Positions 56,662 through 64,000 of a stretch of 64,000 bases of DNA are shown in pieces. Origin of the DNA: Candidatus Omnitrophota bacterium (GTDB taxonomy: Bacteria; Omnitrophota; Gorgyraeia; Gygaellales; Profunditerraquicolaceae); the NCBI GenBank assembly GCA_043800555.1, contig JAZDMX010000003.1, forward strand, positions 240,033-304,032, given 5' to 3'. Position 1 is the stretch's first letter; each line of letters starts with the position of its first letter. The position numbers and the translations under genes are program-made. Below the pieces are notes generated by a model, which was given only the letters and a program-made list of their open reading frames with translations, was not told the origin of the DNA and did not search any database.

Positions 56662-58552
56662 ATTTAAGGTTACTTTTTTGCCCGATAACAAAACCGTGGA
56701 AGTTGCCAGGGATACCACTATTTTGGCTGCTGCGGTTTCCTGCGGGGTGTTCATAAAGTCGGATTGCGCGGGAGACGGGGTTTGCGGCAGGTGCAAGGTT
56801 ATAGTGAAAAAAGGCGATTGCCTAAGCCATCCGACCGGCATAATAAGCGCCGAAGAGAGAAAGCGCCAGATACACTTAGCTTGCATTACTACGGTCCATA
56901 GCGATCTGGAGGTGGAAATTCCTTTAGAATCCAGGATAGAGCCGGCCTTAGCGGCCAAAGGCATTTATTCCGGCCCCGAAGACCTGGAGCAGGGAAAGAA
57001 TGCCGTAAACGATAAGGCCTTTAAGCACTCGCCTTTATCCACAAAATTATACCTTGAATTACCCGTCCCGGATTTAAATGATACTACTAGCGACCTGGAA
57101 CGCCTTTTCCGGGGTATCCGTAAGGCGCAGGGCCTGCCGGTTGTGCAAACAGGTTTAAGCAATATCCGGCAGCTGGGCGAATTATTGCGGGATTCCGGCT
57201 GGAAGGTGACCGTTACCCTGGGGAAAAGAAACGATACCCTGGAGGTTGTCCTGGTTGAACCGGGTAATACCTCCGGTAAGAATTTTGGCGTTTGTTTTGA
57301 TATCGGCACTACTACGATTTCCGGGCAACTGGTGGATTTGAATTCTAAGGAAGTCTTGGGGACAAAAGCGGCTTACAATAAACAGGCAAGTTTTGGTTCG
57401 GACGTAATCACGCGCATCATTTATTCGCGCCGGGAAGAAGGAATGGAAAGGCTGCATGAAGCGGTAACCGAAACAATGAACCAGATGATTAAAGAATTGA
57501 TTGCCGGGCATAATCTGGATTTAAACGACGTTACTTCTGTTGTCTGCGCCGGAAATACCACGATGATACATTTATTGCTCCGGCTGGACCCTACCTACAT
57601 AAGGAAAGAGCCCTATGTCCCGACGGCGAATTTCCTCCCGGTGTTGAGGTCTTCGGAGGCGGGGATAATTATTAATCCGCGCGGGCTGTTATCTTGCGTT
57701 CCCGGGGTATCCGGCTATGTGGGAGGAGATACCACCTCCGGGGTTTTATCCAGCGGATTATATAAGGAAAAACAGTTAAGCCTTTTAATCGATATCGGGA
57801 CCAACGGGGAAATCTGCCTTGGAAACAAGGATTTCCTGGTTGCCTGCGCCGCTTCAGCCGGCCCGGCATTCGAAGGAAGCGGGGTATGCTGCGGGATGCG
57901 CTCCTCAAGCGGGGCTATCCAGAAAGTTAAAATCGATCCCAAGGATTTTTCGGTTAGTTTTTCGACTATCGCAGGGGCACCTGCCCGCGGCATATGCGGT
58001 TCCGGCTATATCGATTTGATCGCCGCGATGCTTGAGTCCGGGGTTATGGATAAGAGCGGGAAAATTAAGCTGGATAATCATAAGCGAGTGCGCGACTCCG
58101 CTTCGGGCAAGGAATTTGTCCTGGTTTTTAAAGAAGATTCGGGTATCCCGGGGGACATAGTTATTAATGAAGCGGATATAGAAAACTTAAAGCGGGCGAA
58201 AGCGGCTATTTATTCCGCCGCATCCGTTTTGGTAAAACATATGGATTTAGGATTTAAGGAGATAGAGAGGGTTTTCATAGCCGGAGGATTCGGCACTTCT
58301 CTTAATATTGAAAGCGCCATAAAGATAGGGCTTCTGCCGGAACTGGAAAGAAAAAGGTTTATTTTTGTCGGTAACAGCGCTCTTGCCGGGGCCCGGCAGA
58401 TGCTTTTATCGGCAGAGGCGGCAAAAACAGCCGAAGAGATTGCCGCCAAGATTACCTATTTTGAATTGTCCGTCGATTCTTCCTATATGGATGAATATAT
58501 GGCGGCTTTGTTTTTTCCGCATACTGACTTAGAAAGGTTTTTGAATAAATAA
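56654..58552 (+). CDS. reductive activator of CoFeSP (RACo/AcsV): N-terminal 2Fe-2S ferredoxin domain plus ASKHA ATPase domain
   Basis: 632 aa from ATG 56654 (MNKFKVTF; overlaps the acsC stop); 2Fe-2S Cys cluster CAGDGVCGRCKV; the six-frame ORF extends upstream to 56579 without an RBS. Confidence 0.8.
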   Translation: MNKFKVTFLPDNKTVEVARDTTILAAAVSCGVFIKSDCAGDGVCGRCKVIVKKGDCLSHPTGIISAEERKRQIHLACITTVHSDLEVEIPLESRIEPALAAKGIYSGPEDLEQGKNAVNDKAFKHSPLSTKLYLELPVPDLNDTTSDLERLFRGIRKAQGLPVVQTGLSNIRQLGELLRDSGWKVTVTLGKRNDTLEVVLVEPGNTSGKNFGVCFDIGTTTISGQLVDLNSKEVLGTKAAYNKQASFGSDVITRIIYSRREEGMERLHEAVTETMNQMIKELIAGHNLDLNDVTSVVCAGNTTMIHLLLRLDPTYIRKEPYVPTANFLPVLRSSEAGIIINPRGLLSCVPGVSGYVGGDTTSGVLSSGLYKEKQLSLLIDIGTNGEICLGNKDFLVACAASAGPAFEGSGVCCGMRSSSGAIQKVKIDPKDFSVSFSTIAGAPARGICGSGYIDLIAAMLESGVMDKSGKIKLDNHKRVRDSASGKEFVLVFKEDSGIPGDIVINEADIENLKRAKAAIYSAASVLVKHMDLGFKEIERVFIAGGFGTSLNIESAIKIGLLPELERKRFIFVGNSALAGARQMLLSAEAAKTAEEIAAKITYFELSVDSSYMDEYMAALFFPHTDLERFLNK

Positions 58553-58618
58553 ATACCGCGCAAGGTTGATTCTGTGCCCGTCTTTTCTTTAATCGCCTGC
58601 GCTATGCGCCAAAATAAT

Positions 58619-59371
58619 ATGGGCCAAATAATAGCAATGGCGGGAAAAGGAGGCGTAGGTAAAACCACGATTGCCGGCCTTCTGGTGCGCCTGATCAAGG
58701 AAAAGAAACTCGGCTCGATCCTGGCTGTTGACGCCGATGCCAACAGTAATCTTGGCGAATCCTTGGGAGTCGAGGTAAAGGAGGATTTGGGGCGCATACT
58801 TGATGATATAGGCATAAACCCTGGGATCGTCCCGGTAAATATGGGAAAAGACGCCTTTATCGAATACCGCGCCCATTCGGCAATTATTGAAGCGGGCGGT
58901 TTTGACCTTTTGGCTATGGGTAAACCCGAAGGCCCGGGTTGTTATTGTTATCTGAATAATGCTTTACGCAATGTTATGGATAAATTAGTCAAAGGCTACG
59001 ACTTTGTGATTATTGACAATGAGGCCGGTTTAGAGCATTTAAGCCGCCGCACCAGCCGCCAGGTAGATGTAATGCTAGTTGTTACGGATCCTTCTGCCGC
59101 GGGCTTAAGGTCGGCTAAAAGAATATCCGGGCTTACGAAAGAATTAAATATCAAAGCCGCTAAAGAATTCTTGATCGTTAATCGTTCCAGCGGCAATATC
59201 CGCCCGGATATATTGGAGGGCTTGCGCCTGGAATGTTTGGGGTTTTTACCGATTGACCCGGAAATCGACAATTTAAGCAGGCAGGGCGCTTCCTTAATGA
59301 ATTTAGGCGATGATAACCTAACCTTGAACGCTTTAGGCAAATTAGGAGAAAAAATATGGCTTTGCAACTAG
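58619..59371 (+). CDS. cooC: CooC-type Ni-insertion ATPase (CODH/ACS maturation factor)
   Basis: P-loop AMAGKGGVGKTT; CxC motif (GCYCYL) of CooC; ATG 58619 chosen, with in-frame alternatives upstream at 58574 and 58604. Confidence 0.8.
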   Translation: MGQIIAMAGKGGVGKTTIAGLLVRLIKEKKLGSILAVDADANSNLGESLGVEVKEDLGRILDDIGINPGIVPVNMGKDAFIEYRAHSAIIEAGGFDLLAMGKPEGPGCYCYLNNALRNVMDKLVKGYDFVIIDNEAGLEHLSRRTSRQVDVMLVVTDPSAAGLRSAKRISGLTKELNIKAAKEFLIVNRSSGNIRPDILEGLRLECLGFLPIDPEIDNLSRQGASLMNLGDDNLTLNALGKLGEKIWLCN

Positions 59372-60297
59372 TGACGGAAAAATGGACAGGAGAGGTTTCG
59401 GCGGCGGCGATTGGCGCAACCAGCCAGGAAGGCGGAACGCGGGATCATTCGATAATAATCGGCGGGGAGAGGTCATTGCCTTGCTTATTCAATGAAGGCG
59501 CTATCCCAAATAAGCCCCGGATTGCCTTTGAAATAGCCGATATTGCGCCTAATGATTGGCCAGCTGAAGCCGCTAAGCCTTACGCTAAAGCGCTTAATGA
59601 CCCTTTGGAATGGGCGCAGATGTGTGTCCGGGATTTTAAGGCCCCGGCCTTATGCGTAAGATTATCAGGCGCTCATCCGGATTTCGGCGATAAAACCCCC
59701 GAAGAAGAGGCTTGCTTTATAAAAGGGCTCCTGGAGAAATTCGGAGTGCCTTTGATAATTTTAGGTTGCGGGGATGACGCTAAAGACAACCTGCTTCTTC
59801 CTGCGGTTTCCGAAGCAGCCAGGGGGGAGCGTTGTTTGATAGGTTCAGCGGTCCAGGATAATTATAGAACTATTGTCGCCAGCGTTTTGGCCGACGGGCA
59901 CAATGTTATCGCCGAAAGCCCCATAGATATCAATATCGCCAAGCAATTGAACATATTGATTTCGGATATGGGGCTGGCTTTGGAGCGCATTGTTATGAAC
60001 CCGACTATCGGGGCTTTGGGCTACGGCCTGGAATACGCGTATTCTATTATGGAGCGCGCCCGGCTGGCAGCGCTTGCCGGGGATAAAACCCTGGCTTGCC
60101 CGTTTATTTGCTTTGTGGGGCAGGAGTCATGGAGGGCCAAGGAAACTAAGGCGGAGGGTTTAGCCGACCAGGGGGTCATCTGGGAAACGCTTACGGCAAC
60201 CGCTTTAATCCAGGCAGGAGCGGATTTGTTGATTATGCGGCATCCTAAGGCGGTAGAGAAAGTAAGTAAATACATAGATAAGTTGTTTGAAGGATAG
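59356..60297 (+). CDS. acsD: corrinoid iron-sulfur protein small subunit (AcsD / CdhD delta subunit)
   Basis: 313 aa; aligns along its length with Moorella AcsD (LGNAEQ/IGSAVQ, SPLDINICKQLNIL/SPIDINIAKQLNIL, LLMRHP). Confidence 0.9.
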   Translation: MALQLVTEKWTGEVSAAAIGATSQEGGTRDHSIIIGGERSLPCLFNEGAIPNKPRIAFEIADIAPNDWPAEAAKPYAKALNDPLEWAQMCVRDFKAPALCVRLSGAHPDFGDKTPEEEACFIKGLLEKFGVPLIILGCGDDAKDNLLLPAVSEAARGERCLIGSAVQDNYRTIVASVLADGHNVIAESPIDINIAKQLNILISDMGLALERIVMNPTIGALGYGLEYAYSIMERARLAALAGDKTLACPFICFVGQESWRAKETKAEGLADQGVIWETLTATALIQAGADLLIMRHPKAVEKVSKYIDKLFEG

Positions 60298-60331
60298 CTC
60301 CTTTTGCTATCCGAAACCTAGGGGAGTTAAC

Positions 60332-61120
60332 TTGTTTATTATCGGTGAACTGATTAACGGAATGTATGCCAATGTCGCCAGGGCGATTAAAGAGCGCGAT
60401 AAGCCGGGAATCCAAAAATGCGCCTGGGAGCAGATTAAAAACGGCGCGGATGCCCTGGATATTAATTGCGGCCCGGCTTCCAAGCTGCCGCTTATTGATA
60501 TGGCTTGGCTGGTGGAAAGCGTGCAGGAGGTTACGGATAAGCCGCTATGCCTTGATTCAAGCAACCCGCAAGTTATTGAAGCCGGGTTAAAAGCGGCCAG
60601 GAACAAAACTATCATTAATTCCGTTACGGCGGACGCTGAAAAGCTGGATACGATCATTCCTTTGGCCAAAGAATACGGTTCGCTGCTTATCGGGATCACT
60701 ATTAATAAAAAGGGTGTCCCGCAAAATAAGGACCAAAGGCTGGAATTAGCGGCCGCGATTGTGGCTTCTTGCCTTGACAAAGATTTTCCGGTGGACAACC
60801 TTTATCTTGACCCGATACTATTGCCGGTTAATGTGGCCCAAGCGCAGTTAAAGGGTATTTTAGAGTCGATCCGGGATTTTAAGGTTATCTCCGAGCCGTC
60901 TCCTAAGACGACTTTGGGCTTAAGCAACGTATCGCAGGGGGCCAATTCCCGCGGCCTGATTAACCGCGAGTTTCTGGTTATGGCTATCGCCTATGGCCTG
61001 GATTCGGCTATATTGGACCCAAACGATAAAGGGCTTATGGACGCCTTGATTACCGCCGAGTTGATTTTAAACAAGAACATATACTGCGATTCATACTTAG
61101 AGGCATATAAAAAGAAATAA
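60332..61120 (+). CDS. acsE: methyltetrahydrofolate:corrinoid/iron-sulfur protein methyltransferase (AcsE, MeTr)
   Basis: 262 aa from TTG 60332 after RBS GGGGAG; LFIIGELINGM, LDINCGP, LCLDSSN, LYLDPILLPVNVAQ, TTLGLSNVSQG align with Moorella MeTr. Confidence 0.88.
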   Translation: MFIIGELINGMYANVARAIKERDKPGIQKCAWEQIKNGADALDINCGPASKLPLIDMAWLVESVQEVTDKPLCLDSSNPQVIEAGLKAARNKTIINSVTADAEKLDTIIPLAKEYGSLLIGITINKKGVPQNKDQRLELAAAIVASCLDKDFPVDNLYLDPILLPVNVAQAQLKGILESIRDFKVISEPSPKTTLGLSNVSQGANSRGLINREFLVMAIAYGLDSAILDPNDKGLMDALITAELILNKNIYCDSYLEAYKKK

Positions 61121-61226
61121 AGCCGGTTGCTTGCCTTGCGGGAGGTTTACGGAATAATTATTATTTCTTGAGTTAACTTGACTTTATTGCTAATATAACT
61201 GATGTCAAAACCTGATTTCAATATAC

Positions 61227-61303
61227 GCCGGAGTAGCTCAGCCTGATAGAGCACGCGGCTCATACCCGCTTGGTCGGAGGTTTAAATCCTCTCTCCGGCA
61301 CCA
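61227..61303 (+). tRNA. tRNA with anticodon CAU (probably elongator Met; anticodon loop CTCATAC), with the 3' CCA encoded
   Basis: Acceptor GCCGGAG/CTCCGGC-A-CCA; D-loop AGCCTGATA; unusual T-loop TTTAAAT. Confidence 0.85.
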
Positions 61304-61400
61304 TAATTATTTTTGCGGCGGGGCTTGATCCGGCCGCTTAAGCGATAGGAAGCCTTTTAGGAGAAAAATCCGCTGCCGCCTTAAAGCGCTGGAAATAAAA

Positions 61401-61826
61401 ATGGAAAATCCCGAAATAGTTTTGCTCAAAAATCGCATTTCGGATCTGGAGGCCGGGTTAACCGCCTGCCAAAGATACAAAGAAATCGTAAATAACGCCA
61501 ATAGCATTATTATGCTTATGGATACCAAAGGCAGGATTACCTTTCTTAATCCTTACGCGCAAAGGTTCTTCGGGTTTTACGAAAAAGAAATACTTGGAAG
61601 AAGCGTAGTCGGTTCTATAGTTTCCGAGAAGGATTTATCCGGGCAGGACTTAGCTGGCATGATCGATGACATTGTGAAAAATCCCGAAAGCCATTCCGTA
61701 AACGAGAATGAAAATACGCGCAGTAACGGGGAAAAAGTGCGTATTTTATGGACGAATAAAGCAATAATCAGTAACGATGGCAGCATCAAAGAAATTTTAT
61801 GCGTCGGAAATAAAATTACCGCGTAG
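61401..61826 (+). CDS. stand-alone PAS domain protein
   Basis: 141 aa; PAS S-box pattern (NNANSIIMLMDTKGRITFLNPYAQRFFGF...). Confidence 0.65.
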   Translation: MENPEIVLLKNRISDLEAGLTACQRYKEIVNNANSIIMLMDTKGRITFLNPYAQRFFGFYEKEILGRSVVGSIVSEKDLSGQDLAGMIDDIVKNPESHSVNENENTRSNGEKVRILWTNKAIISNDGSIKEILCVGNKITA

Positions 61827-61872
61827 ATTGCTATGGCCCTAAAGAGGCGTGGTTAAAGGAAAGGGTGACGAT

Positions 61873-62274
61873 ATGAAAATAATACCGGCGGTTTTTTGTT
61901 GGGCTATGATATTTGCCCCTGTTTGCGCTTTTGCCGCAGGCGCGGATATGCGTATGCAGGAAATAAAATCAGGGTTTCAGGAAATCGACGCGGATAAGAA
62001 CGGTTTTATAACGCCGCAGGAAATGCAGGCGTATCAGGAAAAGAAGTTTAACGGGCTGGATAAGGATAGAAATGGCTTTATTGACAAAGATGAATTGAGC
62101 CGGGATAAATCGAAAGTCCTTGATAAGGCCGATCGAAACAATGACCGGAAAGTAAGCAAGGACGAATCCGTTTCGCAATTCCAAGAATATTTTGACCGGC
62201 TTGATGCCGATAAAGACGGCAAGGTCTCGGAAGACGAGTATACGGATTATTGGAAGATAAGGATGAAATTCTAA
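61873..62274 (+). CDS. secreted EF-hand calcium-binding protein (four DxDxDG-type loops)
   Basis: Signal peptide MKIIPAVFCWAMIFAPVCAFA; DADKNGFIT, DKDRNGFID, DRNNDRKVS, DADKDGKVS; ATG 61873 follows an RBS, and the track start at 61849 lies upstream. Confidence 0.7.
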   Translation: MKIIPAVFCWAMIFAPVCAFAAGADMRMQEIKSGFQEIDADKNGFITPQEMQAYQEKKFNGLDKDRNGFIDKDELSRDKSKVLDKADRNNDRKVSKDESVSQFQEYFDRLDADKDGKVSEDEYTDYWKIRMKF

Positions 62275-62280
62275 AAGAGA

Positions 62281-62520
62281 ATGGAAGCTAAGCCGAAAGG
62301 TAAATGGTATTTTAAGACAGCGTCCTTAATAGCCGGGTTTTTGCTGGTGGGGCCGTTTGTTTTGCCGTTAATTTGGTCTAATCCGGATTTTTCCGGAAGA
62401 AAGAAAATTATCCTTACCGCGGTAATTATCATTTTATCCTGCCTGTTGTTTGCTCTGGGAGCCGGTTCGCTTAAATACCTGGTGGATTCTTACCAACAGT
62501 TAAATAATATGACCTTTTAA
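62281..62520 (+). CDS. small two-TM membrane protein, hypothetical
   Basis: 79-aa ORF; two hydrophobic helices. Confidence 0.4.
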   Translation: MEAKPKGKWYFKTASLIAGFLLVGPFVLPLIWSNPDFSGRKKIILTAVIIILSCLLFALGAGSLKYLVDSYQQLNNMTF

Positions 62521-62538
62521 AAAGGGAAGGTGAAAAAA

Positions 62539-62573
62539 CAGGGGCGGAATAGAATTCCGCCCCTGTTTTTTTT
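62539..62573. terminator. bidirectional rho-independent terminator between convergent genes
   Basis: A6-CAGGGGCGGAAT-AGA-ATTCCGCCCCTG-T8: perfect 12-bp GC-rich stem flanked by A and T runs. Confidence 0.75.
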
Positions 62574-63843
62574 AACGCTTCCTGTTTTGGTTATTCGCCA
62601 GGGCGTAGAGGATTTGCGACGTGGAAATAAAAATAACCGCTTCTATTGCTATCGCCGCTGCCGCGGCCCCCAGGTATGAAAAATTATAAATAAAAACAAA
62701 TATCAGCGGGAGGCCGAAAATGGCGGCTAAAATATGTATTCTTGAGTATATGTCCGGCCTGCCGCAGACAAGCAAAAACTGGATTTTAAATGCGTTGGCG
62801 CTGATAAAAAATACGGATAAAAGCAGCATCCTTAAGCTTATGACGGCCTCGGGAAAGTCCGAGCCGCAGGCAAGCCTTACGATAAACGGCGAGGCAAAGA
62901 AGATTACCGGGACAGCCGCCAGGTAAATTAAGGTCGTAGAACGCTGGACCTTATGCATTAAATTTAAGGCCCTTCTTTTGCTCTTGGCAAAAATCCAGCT
63001 TATCCGGGGAAAAAGCGCTTGCGAAAGCGCGGTCAACGGGAACGTCTGGACGACTCCGGCGATCTTTTCAGCGATCGAATAAAATCCGGTGATTGTATTG
63101 TTGGTAAGCAGCCCGACGGCAAAAATACGCGTCGCGGTATAAGTATTTATCGCTACCACTGAAATAAATATTCCCCAGCCCGTCCTTAGTTCCTGTTTTA
63201 TGTCGTGGTAGCTTTGAAATACGAACTCCAGGTCAAACTCCTTAAAGGCTATGTAGAGGCCAAAAATTCCGGTGACTATGAAAAATAAGGAATTCAAAAG
63301 AGGGACCAGTATGTAATCATCCGGCGCCCTTACGAAGATAAAAACGGAAATCGCGTAAATTAGCCCGCCGATTATGTTGATAATCGTTATAAATTTCATT
63401 TTCTCGGTCCCCTGGAAAAGCCAGACAGGGAAAAGGGTGTTTCCTATTACCGCCCCGAAACTGAATAAATAAAGGAGCCAGTCGCTTTTGAATTTGGGAA
63501 CGACGTTTATCAATACGAGCAGGATTAAGTAGCTTAAGGCGGCAAGGATGAATTTTACGGTCATCACGGAGGAGAATATCGTGGAAGCCTGCTTAAGCTC
63601 TTTGCATAAAGAAATTTTCCGGGTTGCGGTCAAGCTAAAACCGTAGTCCGTAAGGATCATAAAATATTGGATAAAGGCTTGCGCAAAGGCGATTAAGCCG
63701 AATTTTTCCGGTCCGATGATCCTGATTAAGTATGGTAATACTATAAGGGGCAGAAGGTAATTGATGCACTGCAGGGTAGAAAGCGAGGCAAAGTTTTCTA
63801 ATACGAGCTTCTTATCTTTCTGGCTTATAACTTTATGCCGCAT
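62572..63843 (-). CDS. Wzx-like oligosaccharide/polysaccharide flippase (MOP superfamily)
   Basis: 423 aa; about 12 TM helices; N-terminal pattern typical of polysaccharide biosynthesis/export flippases. Confidence 0.75.
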   Translation of the reverse strand: MRHKVISQKDKKLVLENFASLSTLQCINYLLPLIVLPYLIRIIGPEKFGLIAFAQAFIQYFMILTDYGFSLTATRKISLCKELKQASTIFSSVMTVKFILAALSYLILLVLINVVPKFKSDWLLYLFSFGAVIGNTLFPVWLFQGTEKMKFITIINIIGGLIYAISVFIFVRAPDDYILVPLLNSLFFIVTGIFGLYIAFKEFDLEFVFQSYHDIKQELRTGWGIFISVVAINTYTATRIFAVGLLTNNTITGFYSIAEKIAGVVQTFPLTALSQALFPRISWIFAKSKRRALNLMHKVQRSTTLIYLAAVPVIFFASPFIVRLACGSDFPEAVISLRMLLLSVFFISANAFKIQFLLVCGRPDIYSRIHILAAIFGLPLIFVFIYNFSYLGAAAAAIAIEAVIFISTSQILYALANNQNRKR

Positions 63844-63890
63844 AGCCTTAATTTACTATCCTAAGGCCCAAAAGTCAATCTTAAAGTAGG

Positions 63891-64000
63891 AAAAAGGGGG
63901 ACGGAAAAAGGGGGACGTTTCTACTTTTCCCGCGCTAAAGCCAGAAAAGAAAAAGGGGGACGTTTCTACTTTTCCCGCGCTAAAGCCAGAAAAGTAGAAA
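63891..64000. repeat. palindromic repeat, copy D: tandemly expanded (left arm + loop repeated twice), truncated by the window end
   Basis: AAAAAGGGGGACG | GAAAAAGGGGGACGTTTCTACTTTTCC-CGCGCTAAAGCCA-GAAAAG | AAAAAGGGGGACGTTTCTACTTTTCC-CGCGCTAAAGCCA-GAAAAGTAGAAA... Confidence 0.85.

Overview
This 64-kb window is from a gene-dense bacterial chromosome of moderate to low GC, transcribed almost entirely on the + strand. Lipid-A/LPS assembly (LptD), Wood-Ljungdahl corrinoid components and several radical-SAM/Fe-S proteins suggest an anaerobic Gram-negative organism. No CRISPR array, transposase, integrase or recognisable defence system was found.

Gene order, start to end:
- a minus-strand membrane protein (196-684)
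- an 8-gene, tightly overlapping operon with a c-di-GMP theme (941-5465): PilZ, zinc ribbon, PilZ, DUF4416, PflX-like radical SAM, DUF2062, DUF362/4Fe-4S, YajQ
- a small CxxC protein
- CIRCE-controlled hrcA-grpE-dnaK-dnaJ
- FmdB zinc ribbon, DUF1015, accD
- an orphan MalK/UgpC-like ABC ATPase followed by two GGDEF cyclases
- ROK kinase, short transaldolase, lptD
- ugd, a second nucleotide-sugar dehydrogenase, UDP-xylose synthase, cvpA
- a Nif3-like gene, dnaG-rpoD, tRNA(CAU) and tRNA-Val(CAC)
- COG1579 zinc-ribbon protein, a frameshifted RNase HI, rnpB (RNase P RNA)
- yebC-ruvC-ruvA, scpB
- pheA, hisC, DAHP synthase, tyrA, cmk
- lepA-lepB, pgsA-like, plsY
- an 1114-aa minus-strand GH94-like glycoside phosphorylase candidate
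- gatC-gatA-gatB, ctpA, yibQ-like deacetylase, tsaD, mgtC
- a bactofilin fused to an excisionase-type HTH, then a membrane-anchored HTH protein
- larB and an fmdE-like gene
- a corrinoid iron-sulfur protein / methyltransferase module (acsC, RACo, cooC, acsD, acsE) with no CODH/ACS catalytic subunits in the window
- a second tRNA(CAU), a PAS protein, a secreted 4x EF-hand protein, a small membrane protein, a bidirectional terminator, and a minus-strand Wzx-like flippase

A family of long palindromic repeats with the arm ...GGGGACGTTTCTACTTTTC / GAAAAGTAGAAACGTCCCC... has at least 4 intergenic copies, several with internal tandem duplications. These repeats create spurious ORFs in the six-frame track.
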